Shown here one piece after another: positions 50,001 to 63,381 of a DNA stretch of 64,000 bases. The first letter of the stretch is position 1; each line of letters begins with the position of its first letter. The notes under the pieces were generated by a model. The model was given only the letters and a program-made list of their open reading frames with translations. It was not told where the DNA came from and did no database searches. The stretch covers positions 13,664,267 through 13,728,266 of the forward strand of contig NC_057751.1 in the NCBI RefSeq assembly GCF_004010195.1. The letters are read 5' to 3'. The position numbers were made by a program, and so were the translations under genes. The DNA comes from Chiloscyllium plagiosum (taxonomy: Eukaryota).

Positions 50001-51510
50001 TTAGCAAGGTTAATTCACATGAAATACAGGGAGAACTAGCCATTTGGATACTGAACTGGCTCAAAGATGGAAGACAGAGAGTAGTGGTGAAGGATTGGTT
50101 TTCAGACTGGAGGCCTGTGACCAGTGGTGTGCCACAAGGATTGGTGCTGGGTCCACTGCATTTCATCATTTCTATATCATATATACTTGAGTAATAGTTG
50201 CATTTTTTGACTACTTTTTAAGGTTAAATTTCTGGGGTCAACTATTACATGGATACTATTTTTGAGGGGCTGAAATTCATGCCTGTCAGAATTCATACCG
50301 TATCATTAGCAGAAGCCCAACTGATCTCTAAATGATTAAAGGAAAATAAAAATTATGGTAATTCTGAAAACCCAGATCAGAACACAACAGCTAGTGAACT
50401 GCAAGAGTGAAACAACCGGCAGACTGGAAAGCTGGAGTGGGACGTGACGGCAGGCACACTGACTCATAAATGTTGATCTGTTATCTGTGAAGAACGAGGG
50501 TCGACGTTTACACAAGATATGTGGAAAACTCCAGATTATTTGGCCAAAAATAGGGGGTCAACTTGCACATGAGATCGACTGTTATTCAAGTATATACGGT
50601 AAATGAGTTGGATTTGAACAAAGGAGATATAGTTCATAAGTTTGCAGATGACACCAAAATTGGAGGTGTAGTGGACAGCGAAGAAGGTTACCTCAGAGTA
50701 CAATGGGATCTTAATCAGCTGGGCCAATGGGCTGAGGAGTGGCAGATGGAGTTTAGTTTAGATAAATGTGAGGTGCTGCATTTTGGAAAGGCAAATCAGA
50801 GCAGGACTTATTCACTTAATGGTAAGGTCCTGGGGAGTGTTGCTGAACAAAGAGACCTTGGAGTGCAGGTAGATAGGATAGTGAAGAAGACATCTGGGAT
50901 GCTTTCCTTTATTGGTCAGAGCATTGAGTATAGGAGTTGGGAGGTCATGTTGCGGCTGCACTGGACATTATTTAGGCTACTTTTGGAATATTGTATGCGA
51001 TTCTGGTCTTCCTCCTATAGGAAGGATATTATGAAATTTGAAAAGATTCAGGAAAGATTTACAAGGATGTTGCCAGAGTTGGAGGGTTTGAGCTAAAGGG
51101 AAAGGATGAATACGGTGGAGCTGTATTCCTTGGAGAATCAGAGATTGAGGGGTGACTTTATCGAGGTTTATAAAATCATGAGGGGCATGGATTGGTTAAA
51201 TAGACAAAGTCTTTTCCCTGGGGTGGTAGAGTCCAGAACTAAGATGGGAAAGATTTAAAAGGGACGCAAAGGGCAACTTTTTCATGTAAAGGGCGGTGCA
51301 TGTATGGGACAAGCTGCCAGAGGAAGTGACGAAGGCTGGTACAATTACAACATTTAAAAGGCATCTGGATGGGTATATGAATAGGAAGGGTTTAGAGGGG
51401 TAGGGGTCAAGTGCTGGTAAATGTAACGAGATTAATTCAGGGTATTTGGTCGGCATGGACCAAAGGATCTATTTCCATGCTGCACAACTCTGTAACTCTA
51501 TGACTCTATT
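47100..51510 (+). mobile_element. Near full-length decayed CR1 LINE: ORF1 zinc finger plus SGNH esterase, ORF2 APE endonuclease plus RT
   Basis: IVIGDFLVRDTD, IVVHIGTN, DLYKKDGLYLN (esterase); IIGDFNLPDIDW, LDLLL, SDHSSISF (endonuclease); PGNYRPVSLTS, MDFSKAFDKIPH, SGVPQG, KFADDTKI (RT); CTATGACT tail; many stops. Confidence 0.93.
50177..50599. mobile_element. Tc1/mariner-superfamily (Tc2/pogo-like) MITE inserted in the CR1 RT
   Basis: TIRs TCATATATACTTGAGT / ATTCAAGTATATACGG with TA duplicated at both ends; removal restores FIISI|NELD. Confidence 0.85.
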
Positions 51511-52689
51511 TATTTCCCTGAGTTTTCTAGCCTTCATTTCTTTCTCCACAGTAAAAACTGACGCGAAATATTCATTTAATATCTCTCCCACATCCTGACG
51601 TTCCACACAAAGACGACCTTGTTGAGTTTGAAGGGGTCCTACTCTCTCTAGTTTCTCTTTTTCTTTCTGTCATCCCTGAGTTCCCACTGTGCCAACTATC
51701 CCTCAATAACTTACCCAGCACTCCTCCCCCTATTCCTCTGTATCCCACAGCACTCTCCTGGAAATCTCAGTGCTGCCATTTACCCCACTGTCGTCTCCAA
51801 ACCATTTGTCTGTGTTTCACTCATCTCATGTCCGATTGCTCCCCACCCTTCCCTCCACAACACATGATCTTTACACATCCTTTGTTCTTTATGCCTCTCT
51901 GTCCCTTTGCCTTCCGAGGGACTCTGTGCATGTTTCAGCTGTTTTCCTTAATTTACTAACTTAAGCCACTATCCCGTGGAGAGAACTTGCATGACCCTGC
52001 ATAAAATTTAAAATTCAAACAGTAAATAATATGTTCAATATTAAATGTGAAATACAAACAAAATTAGGTTCTCAGAGTTCGGTTAAGAACTCCTTTACTT
52101 GCCAACTGTTTTCAGAATCACACTCACACAATACCGCGAGATCTGGAGACAGCAATCTTGTCCAATCTCCAAGCCTGATCCTTTTCAAATTCAGCAATAC
52201 AGAAAAACAACCTCCTCACAATGTGAAGACTATTGCATGGCAAGTAAAGAGCCCACCTTTTTCAGAGAATCCTGCAATAATGCTACTTTATATAATTTTG
52301 GCTGTTGTTTTACCAAGACGGCAGTTTTGGAGTGAAACCCTCATTGATCTCAGGCCTGCACTGTGTGTTTTTAATAGCAAGCCAATTACACAATTGACAA
52401 AGTATAACTGGTAAAGCAGCTCTGATGAAGAGTCATGCGGAATCGAACGTTAATTTGCTCTCTCTCCATGGATGCTTCCTCCGATTTCTAGCACTTTTTG
52501 TTTTCAGCACGAGTGACGTACTAGATTTGAGCATAAACATGGGAACAAATCATCGTCTTTAATCAAACTCACAAAAAGCTTGCTGATGTGTTTCAAAGTG
52601 TCCACAAACTCAAGGGTTAAAAACACACTGCTTCATTTCAAAATATACATACTGATTACAAAATGTTCACCTCATCTAGGATCAACTGT

Positions 52690-54970
52690 TTGCTGGTGTG
52701 AATGTTAAATACCACCTTGATGGACATCTCGTTAACCTCAATCACTTCTGTGTCAAAATTAAAGTGACAACCCTCATTATTCATGATCTACCAGCCCGTA
52801 GATAGTCTGTGTTGTTGCCACTCTGAAGCAGATTTGCAAACCAACTTTGATCTCTGTGAAGTTCTGTGAACTAGAGACTGAACCAATCCTTCGTATTGCA
52901 AAAAAAAGTGACAGATCAGTCCACACCTTCTCTACCAAATACTCCACTTCCTATGTATGAGAGAATATATGTTGAGCGCAACAAGGAGAAAAGTGAGGAC
53001 TGCTGGAGATCAGAGTCAAGAGCGTGGGGCTGGAAAAGCACAGCAGGTGAAACAGCATCCTGTCGGAGAGGAGGGTGGAGCGGATAGATGGGAAAGATGA
53101 TGGACAGATCGAGAGGGCAGTGCCAAGTTGGAGGCTTGGGACGAGGGTAAGGTGGGAGGAGGGGAAATGAGGAAACTGGTGAAATCCACACTAATACCAT
53201 GTGTTTGCAGGGTCCCAAGGCAGAATATGAGGTGTTCTTCCTTCAGGCATCAGGTAGTTTGGGTTTGGCGATGGAGGAGGCCCAGGACCTGCATGTCCTT
53301 GGTGGTGTGGGAGGGGGAGTTGAAGTGATCAGCCACGGGGTGATGGGGTTGGTTGGTGCGGGTATCCCAGAGATGTTCTCTGAAATGACCCACAAGTAGG
53401 CATCCTGTCTCCCCAATGTAGAGGAGACCACATCGGGTGCAATGGATGCAGAAGATAACGTTTATGGAGGTACAGGTAAATTTCTGTCGGATGTGGAAGG
53501 ATTCTTGGAGCCTTGGATGGAGGTGAGGGGGGATTGTGAGTGCAGGTTTTGCATTTTCTGCGGTGGCAGGGGAAGGTGCTAGGAGTGGCACGAGGGCTGG
53601 TGGGGAGGCTTGGATCTGAGAAGGGACTCGCGGAGGGAATGGTCTCTCCAAAACACTGATAGAGGTGTGGAGGGAAATATATCCCTGGTGGTGGGGTCTG
53701 TTTGTAGGTGGCAGAAGTGATGGAGGATGATGCCACATATACGGAGGTTGGTGGGGTGGAAGGTGAGGACCAGGAGGGTTCTGTCCTTGTTGCGTTGGGA
53801 GGGGTAGGGTTCTAGAGCGGAGATGCGGGAAATGAGGAGATGTGCTGGAGGGCATCATTGACTGTGTGGGAGGGGCAATTGTGATCTTTGAAGAAGGAGG
53901 CCGTCTGGGATTTTCTATGGTACAATTGGTCATGCTCGGTACAGATGAGGAGGAGGTTGAGGAATTGGGAATAAGGGATAACGTGTTTACTGGAGGCAGG
54001 GTGGGAGAAGGTGTTGTCCAGGTAGCTGTGGAAATAAGTGGTTTTGTAGTAGATGTCCGTGGTTAATTGGTCACCAGTGATGGAGATGGAGAGGTCCAGG
54101 AAGGGAGGGAGGTGTCCGAGATGGTCCAGTTGAATTTGAGGTCAGGGTGAAAGGTGTTAGTGAAGTTGCTGAACTGTTTAACCTCCTCGTGAGAGCATGA
54201 GATGATGCCGATACAGTCATCGGTGTAGCAGAGAAAAAGGTGGGTGATGGTGCAGGTGTAGCTGCGGAAGATGGACTGTTACTTGTACTCAATGAAGAGG
54301 CAGGCATAGCTGGGGCCCATGTGGGTGCCCATGGCTACCCATTTGGTTTGGAGGAAATGGGAGGATTGGGTTAAGGGTGAGGACCAGTTCAACCAGGCGA
54401 ATGAGAGAGTCAGTGGAAGGGTACTGGTTAGGACGGCGGGAGAGGGAGAAATGGAGGGCTTGGAGCCTTCGTCGTGGCAGATAGATATAGTACAGAGACT
54501 GGATATTCATATCGCAAATAAGGCATAGGGGGTCGAAGAAACAAAAGTCTTGGAGGAGGTGAAGGGCGTGGGTGGTGTCCCAAACGTAGGTGGGGAGTTC
54601 CTCGATGAAGGGGAACAGGACAGTGTCAAGATATGCAGAGATGAGTTCAGTGGAACAGGAGCAGGCTGAGACAATGGGTCAGCTGGTGAAGAGTATGTTG
54701 AGCATTTATCATTGCTTGGCAACTCCATTGATGAGAAGATCCAAGAAAGAGTCAGCTATTCCAGTTGAACCTTGACTCAACTACGGCAGAGGATGTTTGA
54801 TAACAAAGACCTCAATAAGTCAATAAAAGTCACACAATTGTCATGACTCCACTCCTGTGCTTCAGGAAGACCTGGACAGTGTATTAGCAACAAGTAAGAG
54901 TGCAACTGAAATTCCTTTCGCAATACCTCTCCCTCATCCTTTGGATTCAGTTGGAATACTGTCAAACACT
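52690..54970 (+). mobile_element. Ancient RTE-clade LINE RT fragment split by a Penelope insertion
   Basis: Left piece VNVKYHLDGHLVNL..HSEADLQ..KKVTDQ; right piece (54685-54970) IDEKIQER..LRQRMFDNKD..PLL..KTWTVY; matches the RTE motif pattern IRYRxDGxLFNL/HSExDLQ/ETWTVY. Confidence 0.65.
52985..54680 (-). mobile_element. Penelope-like element (family B): RT C-terminal half, GIY-YIG and pLTR, decayed
   Basis: GVAMGT.MGPSYACLF, FFSA(Y)TDDC-like RT motif, FTCTSINVIFCIHCTRCGLLYIGETG. Confidence 0.88.
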
Positions 54971-55154
54971 TTTTCTTGAAGCATGTATTTAGGTAAAATC
55001 CTGGTGAAATCAATTTCAATGACCTGAACTCTGTGTCCATGTAGTTGAATATGTCTCCACCACCAAGTTTCTTTAACCTAACTTTCAAATGGCCAGTGTT
55101 TCTAGAGGAGGAGCAAAAACACCTTCACAGGTACTTTGAACCTTTCCTTGAAGC

Positions 55155-55745
55155 ACAGCATGAATGACAGGAAACAACAGAGAACATCTCCGGGATACTC
55201 GCACTAACCAACCCCACCGCTCTGTGGCCGAACATTTCAACTCTCGTTCCCACTCTGCCGAGGACATGCAGGTCCTGGGCCTCCTCCATCGCCACTCCCT
55301 TACCATCCGATGCCTGGAGGAAGAACGCCTCATCTTCCGCCTCGGGACCCTTCAACCCCAGGGCATGAATGTGGACTTCACCAGTTTCCTCATTTCCCCT
55401 CCCCCCACCTTACCCCAGATCCAACCTTTCAGTGCAGCACCATCCTCATGACCTGTCCCATTTGTCAATCTTCCTTCCCACCTGTCCGCTCTACCCTCCT
55501 CTCTGACCTATCACTTTCACCCCCAACTCCATCCACCTATTGCACTTTCAGCTGCCTTTCCCCCAGCCCCACCCCCTCCTATTTATGTCTCCACCCCCAA
55601 GGTTCCCAGCCTCATTCCTGATGAAGGGCTTTTGCCTGAAACGTCGATTTTCCTGCTCCTCGGATGCTGCCTGACCTGCTGTGCTTTTCCAGCACCACTC
55701 TAATCTGGACTCGAATCTCCAGCAGTTGCAATACCTACTTTTGCT
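55155..55745 (+). mobile_element. Penelope family B 3' end with hammerhead motif (55618-55645)
   Basis: REHLRDTRTNQPH..VAEHFNS..RLIFRLGTLQP.GMN; CTGATGA-A-GGGCTTTTGCCT-GAAACGTC. Confidence 0.88.
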
Positions 55746-55869
55746 TAGGGAGCAACTTGCTAGTAACTATACAAATTAGCGACATCCTGTCCATCAAGCA
55801 ACATTGCACTTTTGAGTCCAAATGCCTGAACGTCAAGGCAGATCAGTGACTGCTCTGATAATGTGACTC

Positions 55870-56450
55870 CTTTAACAAGGCAATGTTGTCCTTTTTTTTC
55901 AGGGGGCTTGTAAAGGCAGAGGTTCTGATATGTCTAGAAATATCTATTTGAAAAAGCTTTTAAGTGTTTCTTTAAAACACTTGTACAATGAAAAGGAAGT
56001 GGCCAGTTCTCCCAGTTCAGTTTGGTTTGGTTTGGTTTTAGCAAGTTACTTTGATTGCAGCTGCTGGTCAAGTTTTAGCTGGGAACCCAGATTCCATGCA
56101 GATCTCTCTCTGTGACATCTCTCCTGTAATAAGCTGGGTTTAATTTATACCTTTTTTTTCCAAAGGGGTGTTTTTGGGGATGTGGCAAGTGTTTGGAACA
56201 GCATCATTAAGTTGCGATAGAGTCAATTGCATTTTCAGATGGTTCCAAATTATTATTCCAAATTTGGTTCTCTTTTGTTCGAGTTTCATTCAATAGTCTG
56301 TAAATAAATTCGGTTTTGTTTAAAACCAAGTGGTTGGGGCACCTGCATTGCTCCTGGGATATCCACTGTACACCTGCTTAAAACAACTCGCAAAGTTAGG
56401 ACTTGGGCTACCTGGAAATGTTTTGAGGGGGTCTGGCCTGGTCCATAACA
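55870..56450 (+). mobile_element. Solo LTR-like element
   Basis: Ends GGTCTGGCCTGGTCCATAACA; similar to 10301-10840 and 58103-58747; internal AATAAA. Confidence 0.6.
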
Positions 56451-58102
56451 CAGCAGAGGAAAGAAAAGGAAGAACCCCTGTACCCTGAAACCCTCTGCCT
56501 CATGGGACATTCGGCCGCATGTGTTCAGAGATCTGTGGGGTGAGAATTGGCCTGTTCAGTCTCACAATCAATGGCAGACTCTCTAGACTGTGAGAAGATT
56601 TCGCCTTCAAATCGAGGGACAGCCAATAATCAGACATCGCTTCCATAAGACCATAAGACGTAGGAACAAGAGTAGGCCCTTTGGCTCCTTGAATCTGCTC
56701 CACCATTCAATTGGACCACAGCTGATCTGACATTGTACATGTCCACATTCCTACGCTTTCACCATAACCTTTGATTTCCCTACTTATCAAGAATATATCT
56801 ACCTTAGCCTTAAATATACGCACACTTGCAGATAATGAGAACTGCAGGTGCTGGAGAGTCAGAGTGGATAAAGAGTTGAGCTGGAGAGAGCACACCAAGT
56901 CAAGCAACATCAGAGGAGAGGGGGAGTCGATGTTTCAGGTCGGAACCTTTCATCAGGACTGAATGAGAGGTCCCAACCTGAAATGTCGACTCCCTTAAAT
57001 ATACACACATCTGTATTGCAAAGCATTCCTTACACTCACAACCCTCAGAGAGAAGACATTCCTCCTCGCCTCGGTTTTAAATTGGTGCCACTTAATTCTG
57101 AGACTACGTTCTCTGGTCTGAGACCCTTCCATGAGGGGAAACATCCTCTCAGCATTTACTCTGTCCAGCACTTGAAAAATCTTATATGTTTCAATGTGAT
57201 CACCACTCATTCTTCAAGCTTCAAATGAGTAGAATCCCAACCTGTTTAGCCTTTGCTCATCTGACAGTCCTTCCATACCAGGGGTATTCTGAGTGAATCT
57301 TCTCTGAATTGTCTCAAATGAAAAAATATCTTTCTTTAAATAAAAGGACCAAATCTGCTTACAGTGCTACACATATACTCTCACCCAGCCATTGTCCAGT
57401 GGCAGTTACACTTCCCTACTCTTCTGCTCCAACTCCCTTGAAATCAGGGCCAATATTCCATTAGCCGTCCAGATTACCTGCCCACACCTGTGTGCCAGCT
57501 GTCTGTGTTTCATGCACAAACATCCCCAAGTCTTTTTGTATTGCAGCTTTCTGCGTTTTTTTCTTTATTTCACCATTCTTGTTCTCCCTTACAAAATGTA
57601 CAAGTCCACATTTTTCCACATTCTGCTCCATTTACCAACTCACATCACCTATCAACATCACACTGTAAATTGTTTGTATCCCTTTCACAACCTGCCTTTC
57701 TATCTTGGCTCTAGCATATTCACTTACTTCCTCTGAGTCATTGAAATATATTATAATCAGTTGCGGTCCCAGCACTGATCCCTGTGGAAGTCCATTGGTT
57801 ACAAATCACCAACCTGAAAAAGAACTCTTTATCCCCATTTGCTATTTCCTGCACATGAGCCAATTTTCTATCTGTGTCAATGCATTACCTTCAACACCAT
57901 GAGCTCTTATTGACTTAACCTTTGTGAGGTACCTTCTCACAAAGTCAAATACAACACATCTACTGGTTCCCCTCTCTCCATTCTGGTTGAGATTTCCTTG
58001 AAAAACTCTAATAAAGTAGTCAAATACCATTTCCCTCTCATGAGGCCATGCTGACTCTGTTTGAATAGAGTATGATTTTCCAAATGTTCTGCTATTACTT
58101 CC

Positions 58103-58747
58103 TATCTCAAAGTGGGTCCATTTTCTCTAAAAGTTGTTCCTTTTCTCAAGGATACTGTGTCCTTGTGTTTTTTCAGAGGGGTCATAAACAGGCCAGGCTC
58201 CGAAAAAGCTGGGTTTGGTCCAGAGATGAAAGGCCTTTTTGTTCATACATAAACAGATGAGACTTTAGGCCAAAGCTTTTATGTTTAGAAGTGACCTGTA
58301 CAATGAAAGGAGAGTGGCCAGTCCTGGAAACTGAAGTTAAGCTCAGCAGTTCAGTCTAGGACTAGTGAGGGAGTTCAGCTCTGGGCTGTGTGGAAACAGG
58401 CTGCGAGACTCTCTCTCCTACTGCCCTTCTGACTTTGACCTGTAAGACTTGGTTTCATTTTTACTGTGTTTAAGGGGATTTGTTTATTGGGACTGTTATG
58501 TAGATTTGGAACAGTATAATTAAGTCTAGTTTGGATGGACTGAGTTCTGTAGGGGTTCTTTATTCTGTTCTTTGTGTTCATTATGTAATTTTGTGAATAC
58601 ATTTTTGTCTGTTTTAAAACCTGGTAGTCAATCCAGCTAACTTTCTCTGGGGAATTTTCACTGTACACTTACCAAAATAAATTGCAAAGTTATGGTCTTG
58701 GCTGCCTGCTTAAGAATGTTTTGAGTGGTCTGGCCTAGCCCATAACA
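58103..58747 (+). mobile_element. Solo LTR with 5-bp TSD
   Basis: TSD CTTCC at 58098-58102 and 58748-58752; ends ...CCATAACA. Confidence 0.75.
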
Positions 58748-59489
58748 CTTCCTCCATAGTTGATTCCAATATTTTTTCCAAAAAGAGCTGTTTAGCTAAT
58801 TGGCCTACAGTAACTCATTTTTTGCCTCCATCTCATTTTAAACAGTGATATCAAATTAATAGTTTTCCAATCCTTTGGTATTTCTCCAGAATCTAGCGAT
58901 TTTTGGAAAATTCTAGCCAATACATCCAATATCTGTCTATTTTAGGATCTGTGAAGGCAAGCCAGTATGGCCGGGAACTTATCAGCCTTTAGCCCCATTA
59001 GTTTGTCTATTTCTAATCCTTGAGTGATGGTAATAATACTAAATCCATCCCCCATTTTCTTTCACTGTAAAGACTGACGCAAAATATCTATTTAACTCTT
59101 CTGCCATTTTCTTGTTCCCAAAACCATCCCTCCAAATGCATTTTCTCAGGGGCCAGTCGTCCTTTTGACCTCTTGCTTCCCTTTTACATGTTTACATGTC
59201 AATTTTTATCTTCCTCATTTCATTTGCCTTTGTAGTTTATTTTCTCTGACTTTATTTCCTTTTTAGTCTTCCTTTTATGGATTCTGATTTTATTTTCGTC
59301 TTTGAAGCTATCACTGACATTGGCCTCCCTATATGCTTTTTCTTACAACTTAATACTTTCCAAATCTCTTTGGTTTGCCATGTTTGGTTTAGCCCTCTCT
59401 TAGAATGTTTCCTCCTTATTGGGATGTCTTTTTTGCTGAGAGGTATGAATTACCTCCTTCAGTGCCTGCTATTGCTTGCTTCCTGTCAT

Positions 59490-60680
59490 TACACTGGCAC
59501 CATTTTTCCCACCTTTTCCTTCGCTACATCAATAACTGTATTAGCACCACCTCGTGCTCCCATGAGAAGGCTGAACAGTTCATCAACTTCATGAAAACCT
59601 TCCACCTTGAACTTAAGTTTACCTGGATCATCTCGGATACCTCCCTCCTTTATATGGACCGCTCTGTCTCCATCTCTGGTGACTGACTCAACACAGATAT
59701 CTATTCCAAACCCACCGACTCCCACAGCTACCTGGACTACAGCTCCTCCCAACCCCGCCCCCCCCCGTGAAAATGCGATACCTTACTCTCAATTACTCTG
59801 CCTCCGCTGTATCTACACCCAGGAGGACCAATTCCAATCCCAGATGGTCTCGAGTTTCAGGGACTACAGTCTCCCACATGATCAACAATACCCTCCAGTG
59901 CATGTCCTCCACTTCCCGCACCTCTGCATTTGAACCCCACCCCTCCAACCGCAACAGGGGTCAAACCCTCCCTCCCCCACCTTCGGTCTTCAACTTCCAT
60001 CCTACTAATCTCTGGATACAGCGCATTATCTTCTGCCATTTCTGCAACCTACAACCAGACGCCACCACCAGCGTTCCACAGACACCATTCCCTCCATGAG
60101 TCCCTCGTTAGGTTCATGCCCCCTCCCCCACCAACCCACCCTCCACTCCCAGCACCTTCCCTTGCCAATGCAAGAGGTGTAAAACCTGTGCCCTCAACTC
60201 CCCTCCACCTCCATCCAAGGCCACAAAGAATTTTTTTCACATCTTGCAGAGACTTTTCAGCACAATCAAACACCTCATCTGCTGTGTCCATTGCTTGTGG
60301 TTTCCTCTATATTGGGGAGACAGAATGCCAACTCACAGAACTTTTTAGGGAACATCTCTGGGACACATGCACCAAACAACCCCACCACCCTGTGGCCGAC
60401 CACTCCAACTCCCCCTCCCACTCTGCCAAGGACATGCAAGTCCTGGGCTTCCTCCGCCACCAAATCCATGCCACCCGACGCCTGGAGGAAGAACGCCTCA
60501 TCTTCCGCCTTGGAACACTTCAAACACGTGGCATCAACATTGACTTTACCAGTTTCCTTATTCCCCCTCCCCCACCTCATCCTAAATCCAACTCTCCAAC
60601 TTGTCACCACCCTTTTGAACTGTCCTACATGATGCTGCCTGACCTGCTGTGGTTTTCCAGCGCCACACTTTTCAACTACT
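59490..60680 (+). mobile_element. Penelope family B fragment (RT end plus GIY-YIG), decayed
   Basis: FLRYINNC, LKFTW, KPTDSHSYLDY, GFLYIGET..LFREHL, RLIFRLGTLQ. Confidence 0.85.
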
Positions 60681-62434
60681 GTCATTCCTGGTAATCTATC
60701 TGCCCAATTCACTTTAGCTAAATCTATTATTGTAATTCCCTTTATTAAAGTTAAACACAGTCATTTCTGACCCAAGTTTCTCATTCTTGAATTGAATAAT
60801 AAATTTGATCATGTTATGATCACTACTTCCTTGGGAATCATTTACACTGATGTCATTCATTAAACCGCCTTATTGCCATTACCAGATTCAAGGTTGCTTG
60901 CTCCCTAGTTGTCTCCATGACATATTGCTTCAGAAACTATCCCGAATGCAATCTATGAATTCTTTGTCATCACTACATCCAATCAACACAAAGATTTAAT
61001 TCACCCATGATTCCCCCACCTGGGGAGGTGATGCCCTAGTATTATCACTGGACTGTTAATCCAGAGACCCAGGTAATATTCTGGGGATCTGAGTTAGAAT
61101 CCCATCATGGCAGGTGGTGGACTTTAAATTCTATTAAAATAATCTGGAGTCTGATCATGACCATGAAACTTGTGTCGATTATTGGGAAAAACCCAATTGG
61201 TTCATCGATGTCCTTTTGGGAAGGAAATTGCCACCCTTATCTGGTCTGGACAACATGTCACTCAAGACCCTTGACAATGTGGTTGACTCTTAACTGCCCT
61301 CCAGGCAATTGGGTATGGCTAATAAATGGTGGCTAAGCCAGTAATGCCCTCATCGCTTTGTGGTCTGAGTTACGAACACTGTGACACATCAAGGAAGGAG
61401 GAAATGTACCTGGACAGTGTGTTTCAGGAGGCAGTCACACCCCTTAGATTAACTACCTCAAATTCAGTCAGTGGTCAGAGACAGGAGTGTATGACTATGC
61501 CTCAAACCTCCCAATTATTTGCAAATTCCTGCCATAAGTTCGCCTTATATTTTTATTTTTGCTGATGCAGTGCAATTGGAGTAAATTAAATTCAGATTAC
61601 CCTAACTTTTGCTTGTGTTGAAATTTTCACCTATTCCTGCTGGAAAAGTAGCAAATCCAATGGAACAATGCTTGTGGACAGCCACATTTCCACACTAGTA
61701 ACTGCAGATGAGTTGAACTCATGCTTCCAAATGGGCATTTTACTCGATGCAGCAATGATTATGTTAGTTCCCATAACATAAATAAACTGAGCATGGATAT
61801 TGTGGTCTTGAAGTATCTATCAGACATTTATTAAGGCTAATTATTGTGTATAGACCATACATTCCTGAGAAACATAAGTATTTGGGAAAATATTAAGTCA
61901 TTGAGCTTTCTAGGTGTCCAATCACAGTGGGGAAATTAGCTTGGGTAAGCACCTCATTGGATTGAAGTATTCAAAGAGACAAGAAAACAGGAAATAAAAT
62001 AAACTGAACTTCTCACTGATGATGAGAGCAAAATGAATGATTTGGACTGGGATTCATGTACAAGCCAAATATCATATTACAAAGTAAAGAAAAAATATTA
62101 GATTCCAAAAGATGTGTGGACTTTTTCCATGATGATACAATTAGTCTGTTACTGACAATAAGGCTGTTTTGCCAAAACTCCAGCAAAAAAACGAGTTAAT
62201 CTCACGCAATCAGGTCTGGCCTTTTCACAGATTCTTAAAATAAAACTAATGGCATGAAAAGAAAATAATTCACAGTGATTTGGTCGTGGAAAAGCCATTC
62301 AGTTGTATACAAGAGTACTTCTGGATGTGAAGATAAAAAAGGAACACGATTTCATGGTTTGGTCATGTCCATTTGCATCTGGGGGTCTGTTTTGATGTAT
62401 CCTGTAGGGAAGCATTGACTGCAGCTTTCTGGAT

Positions 62435-62634
62435 GTTTAGATCAGAGTGGTGCTGGAAAAGCACAGCAGGTCAGGCAGCATCCAAGGAGCAGGAAAATCG
62501 ACGTTTCGGGCAATAGCTTTTGCCAGAAACGTTGATTTTCCTGCTCCTCGGATGCTGCCAGACCTGCTGTGCTTTTCCAGCATCGCTCTGATCTAAACTC
62601 TGGTTTCCAGCATCCGCAGTCCTCACTTTTGCCT
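62435..62634. mobile_element. Palindromic Penelope pLTR mini-element (family B) with ~14-bp TSD
   Basis: Inverted arms centred at ~62516; flanking repeats TGCAGCTTTCTGGAT (62420-34) and TGCAGCTTCTGGAT (62635-48). Confidence 0.88.
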
Positions 62635-62702
62635 TGCAGCTTCTGGATTTCCATGCTTCTGCTGATTCAAAAGTTCCTGTCAGTTTCAGAAAGGTAATGA
62701 CA

Positions 62703-62931
62703 GCACACACGCACACAGACACACACATGCACATGCACACACACACACACATACACACACACATGGGTGTGCACACACACATACACAGACACACACACGT
62801 GAGCACACACACATAGACATACACACACAGGCGCACACATAGACACAGATACACACACGCACAGACACACATACATGCATGCACACATAAACACACACAT
62901 ATACATGCGCGCACACACACACACACACACA
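62703..62931. repeat. Imperfect (CA)n microsatellite
   Basis: Directly visible. Confidence 0.95.
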
Positions 62932-62952
62932 GAGTTTCAGCATCATACTATA

Positions 62953-63381
62953 CAGGTACAAGATCCTTTATCCGACCATCCAAAAACATCCAAAAAGCTC
63001 CAAAATCGGAAGGATTTTTTTTGTGAAGTTTTTTTCTCATTAACAAAGTTGTTTGGCGAGCAAACAGTTAACCCAAGTCGACACCCACTCCATGTATGTC
63101 AGTCAGATGTGACATGGCGGGGGGTGTGGCCAAGCACCAACAGGCCTGGGCTTTCTCTGTGAACACCCCAAATCAACATCCATTCGGTGTGTATCATTCA
63201 GATGCAACATGTTGGGGGGGGGGGGGTGGTTGGCCAAGCACATTCTTAGTTAGAAGTCAGCTTCTCTGGTAAGATTTTTTGAAAATTTCACCATGAAACT
63301 ATCACATTCTGAAAACCAAAAAATTCAGAATTCCGAAAAACAGTTGGTCCCGAGCATTTTGGATAAAGGATTTTGTACCTG
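62953..63381. mobile_element. Tigger-like MITE, same family as 16619-16942, opposite orientation
   Basis: TA-CAGGTACAAGATCCTTTATCC ... GGATAAAGGATTTTGTACCTG-TA. Confidence 0.85.

Larger units (their letters stand above)
56640..60990 (-). mobile_element. Old CR1 LINE fragments with nested pLTR, LTR and Penelope insertions
   Basis: ETYKIFQVLDRVNAERMFP.. and RAHGVEGNALTQIENWL remnants on the minus strand. Confidence 0.7.

Noticed and set aside
47100..51510. Potentially active full-length CR1
   Set aside because: Many stops and frameshifts, an internal deletion and a MITE insertion
62471..62961. Cys/Val-rich and His/Thr-rich ORFs
   Set aside because: Translations of the (CA)n microsatellite
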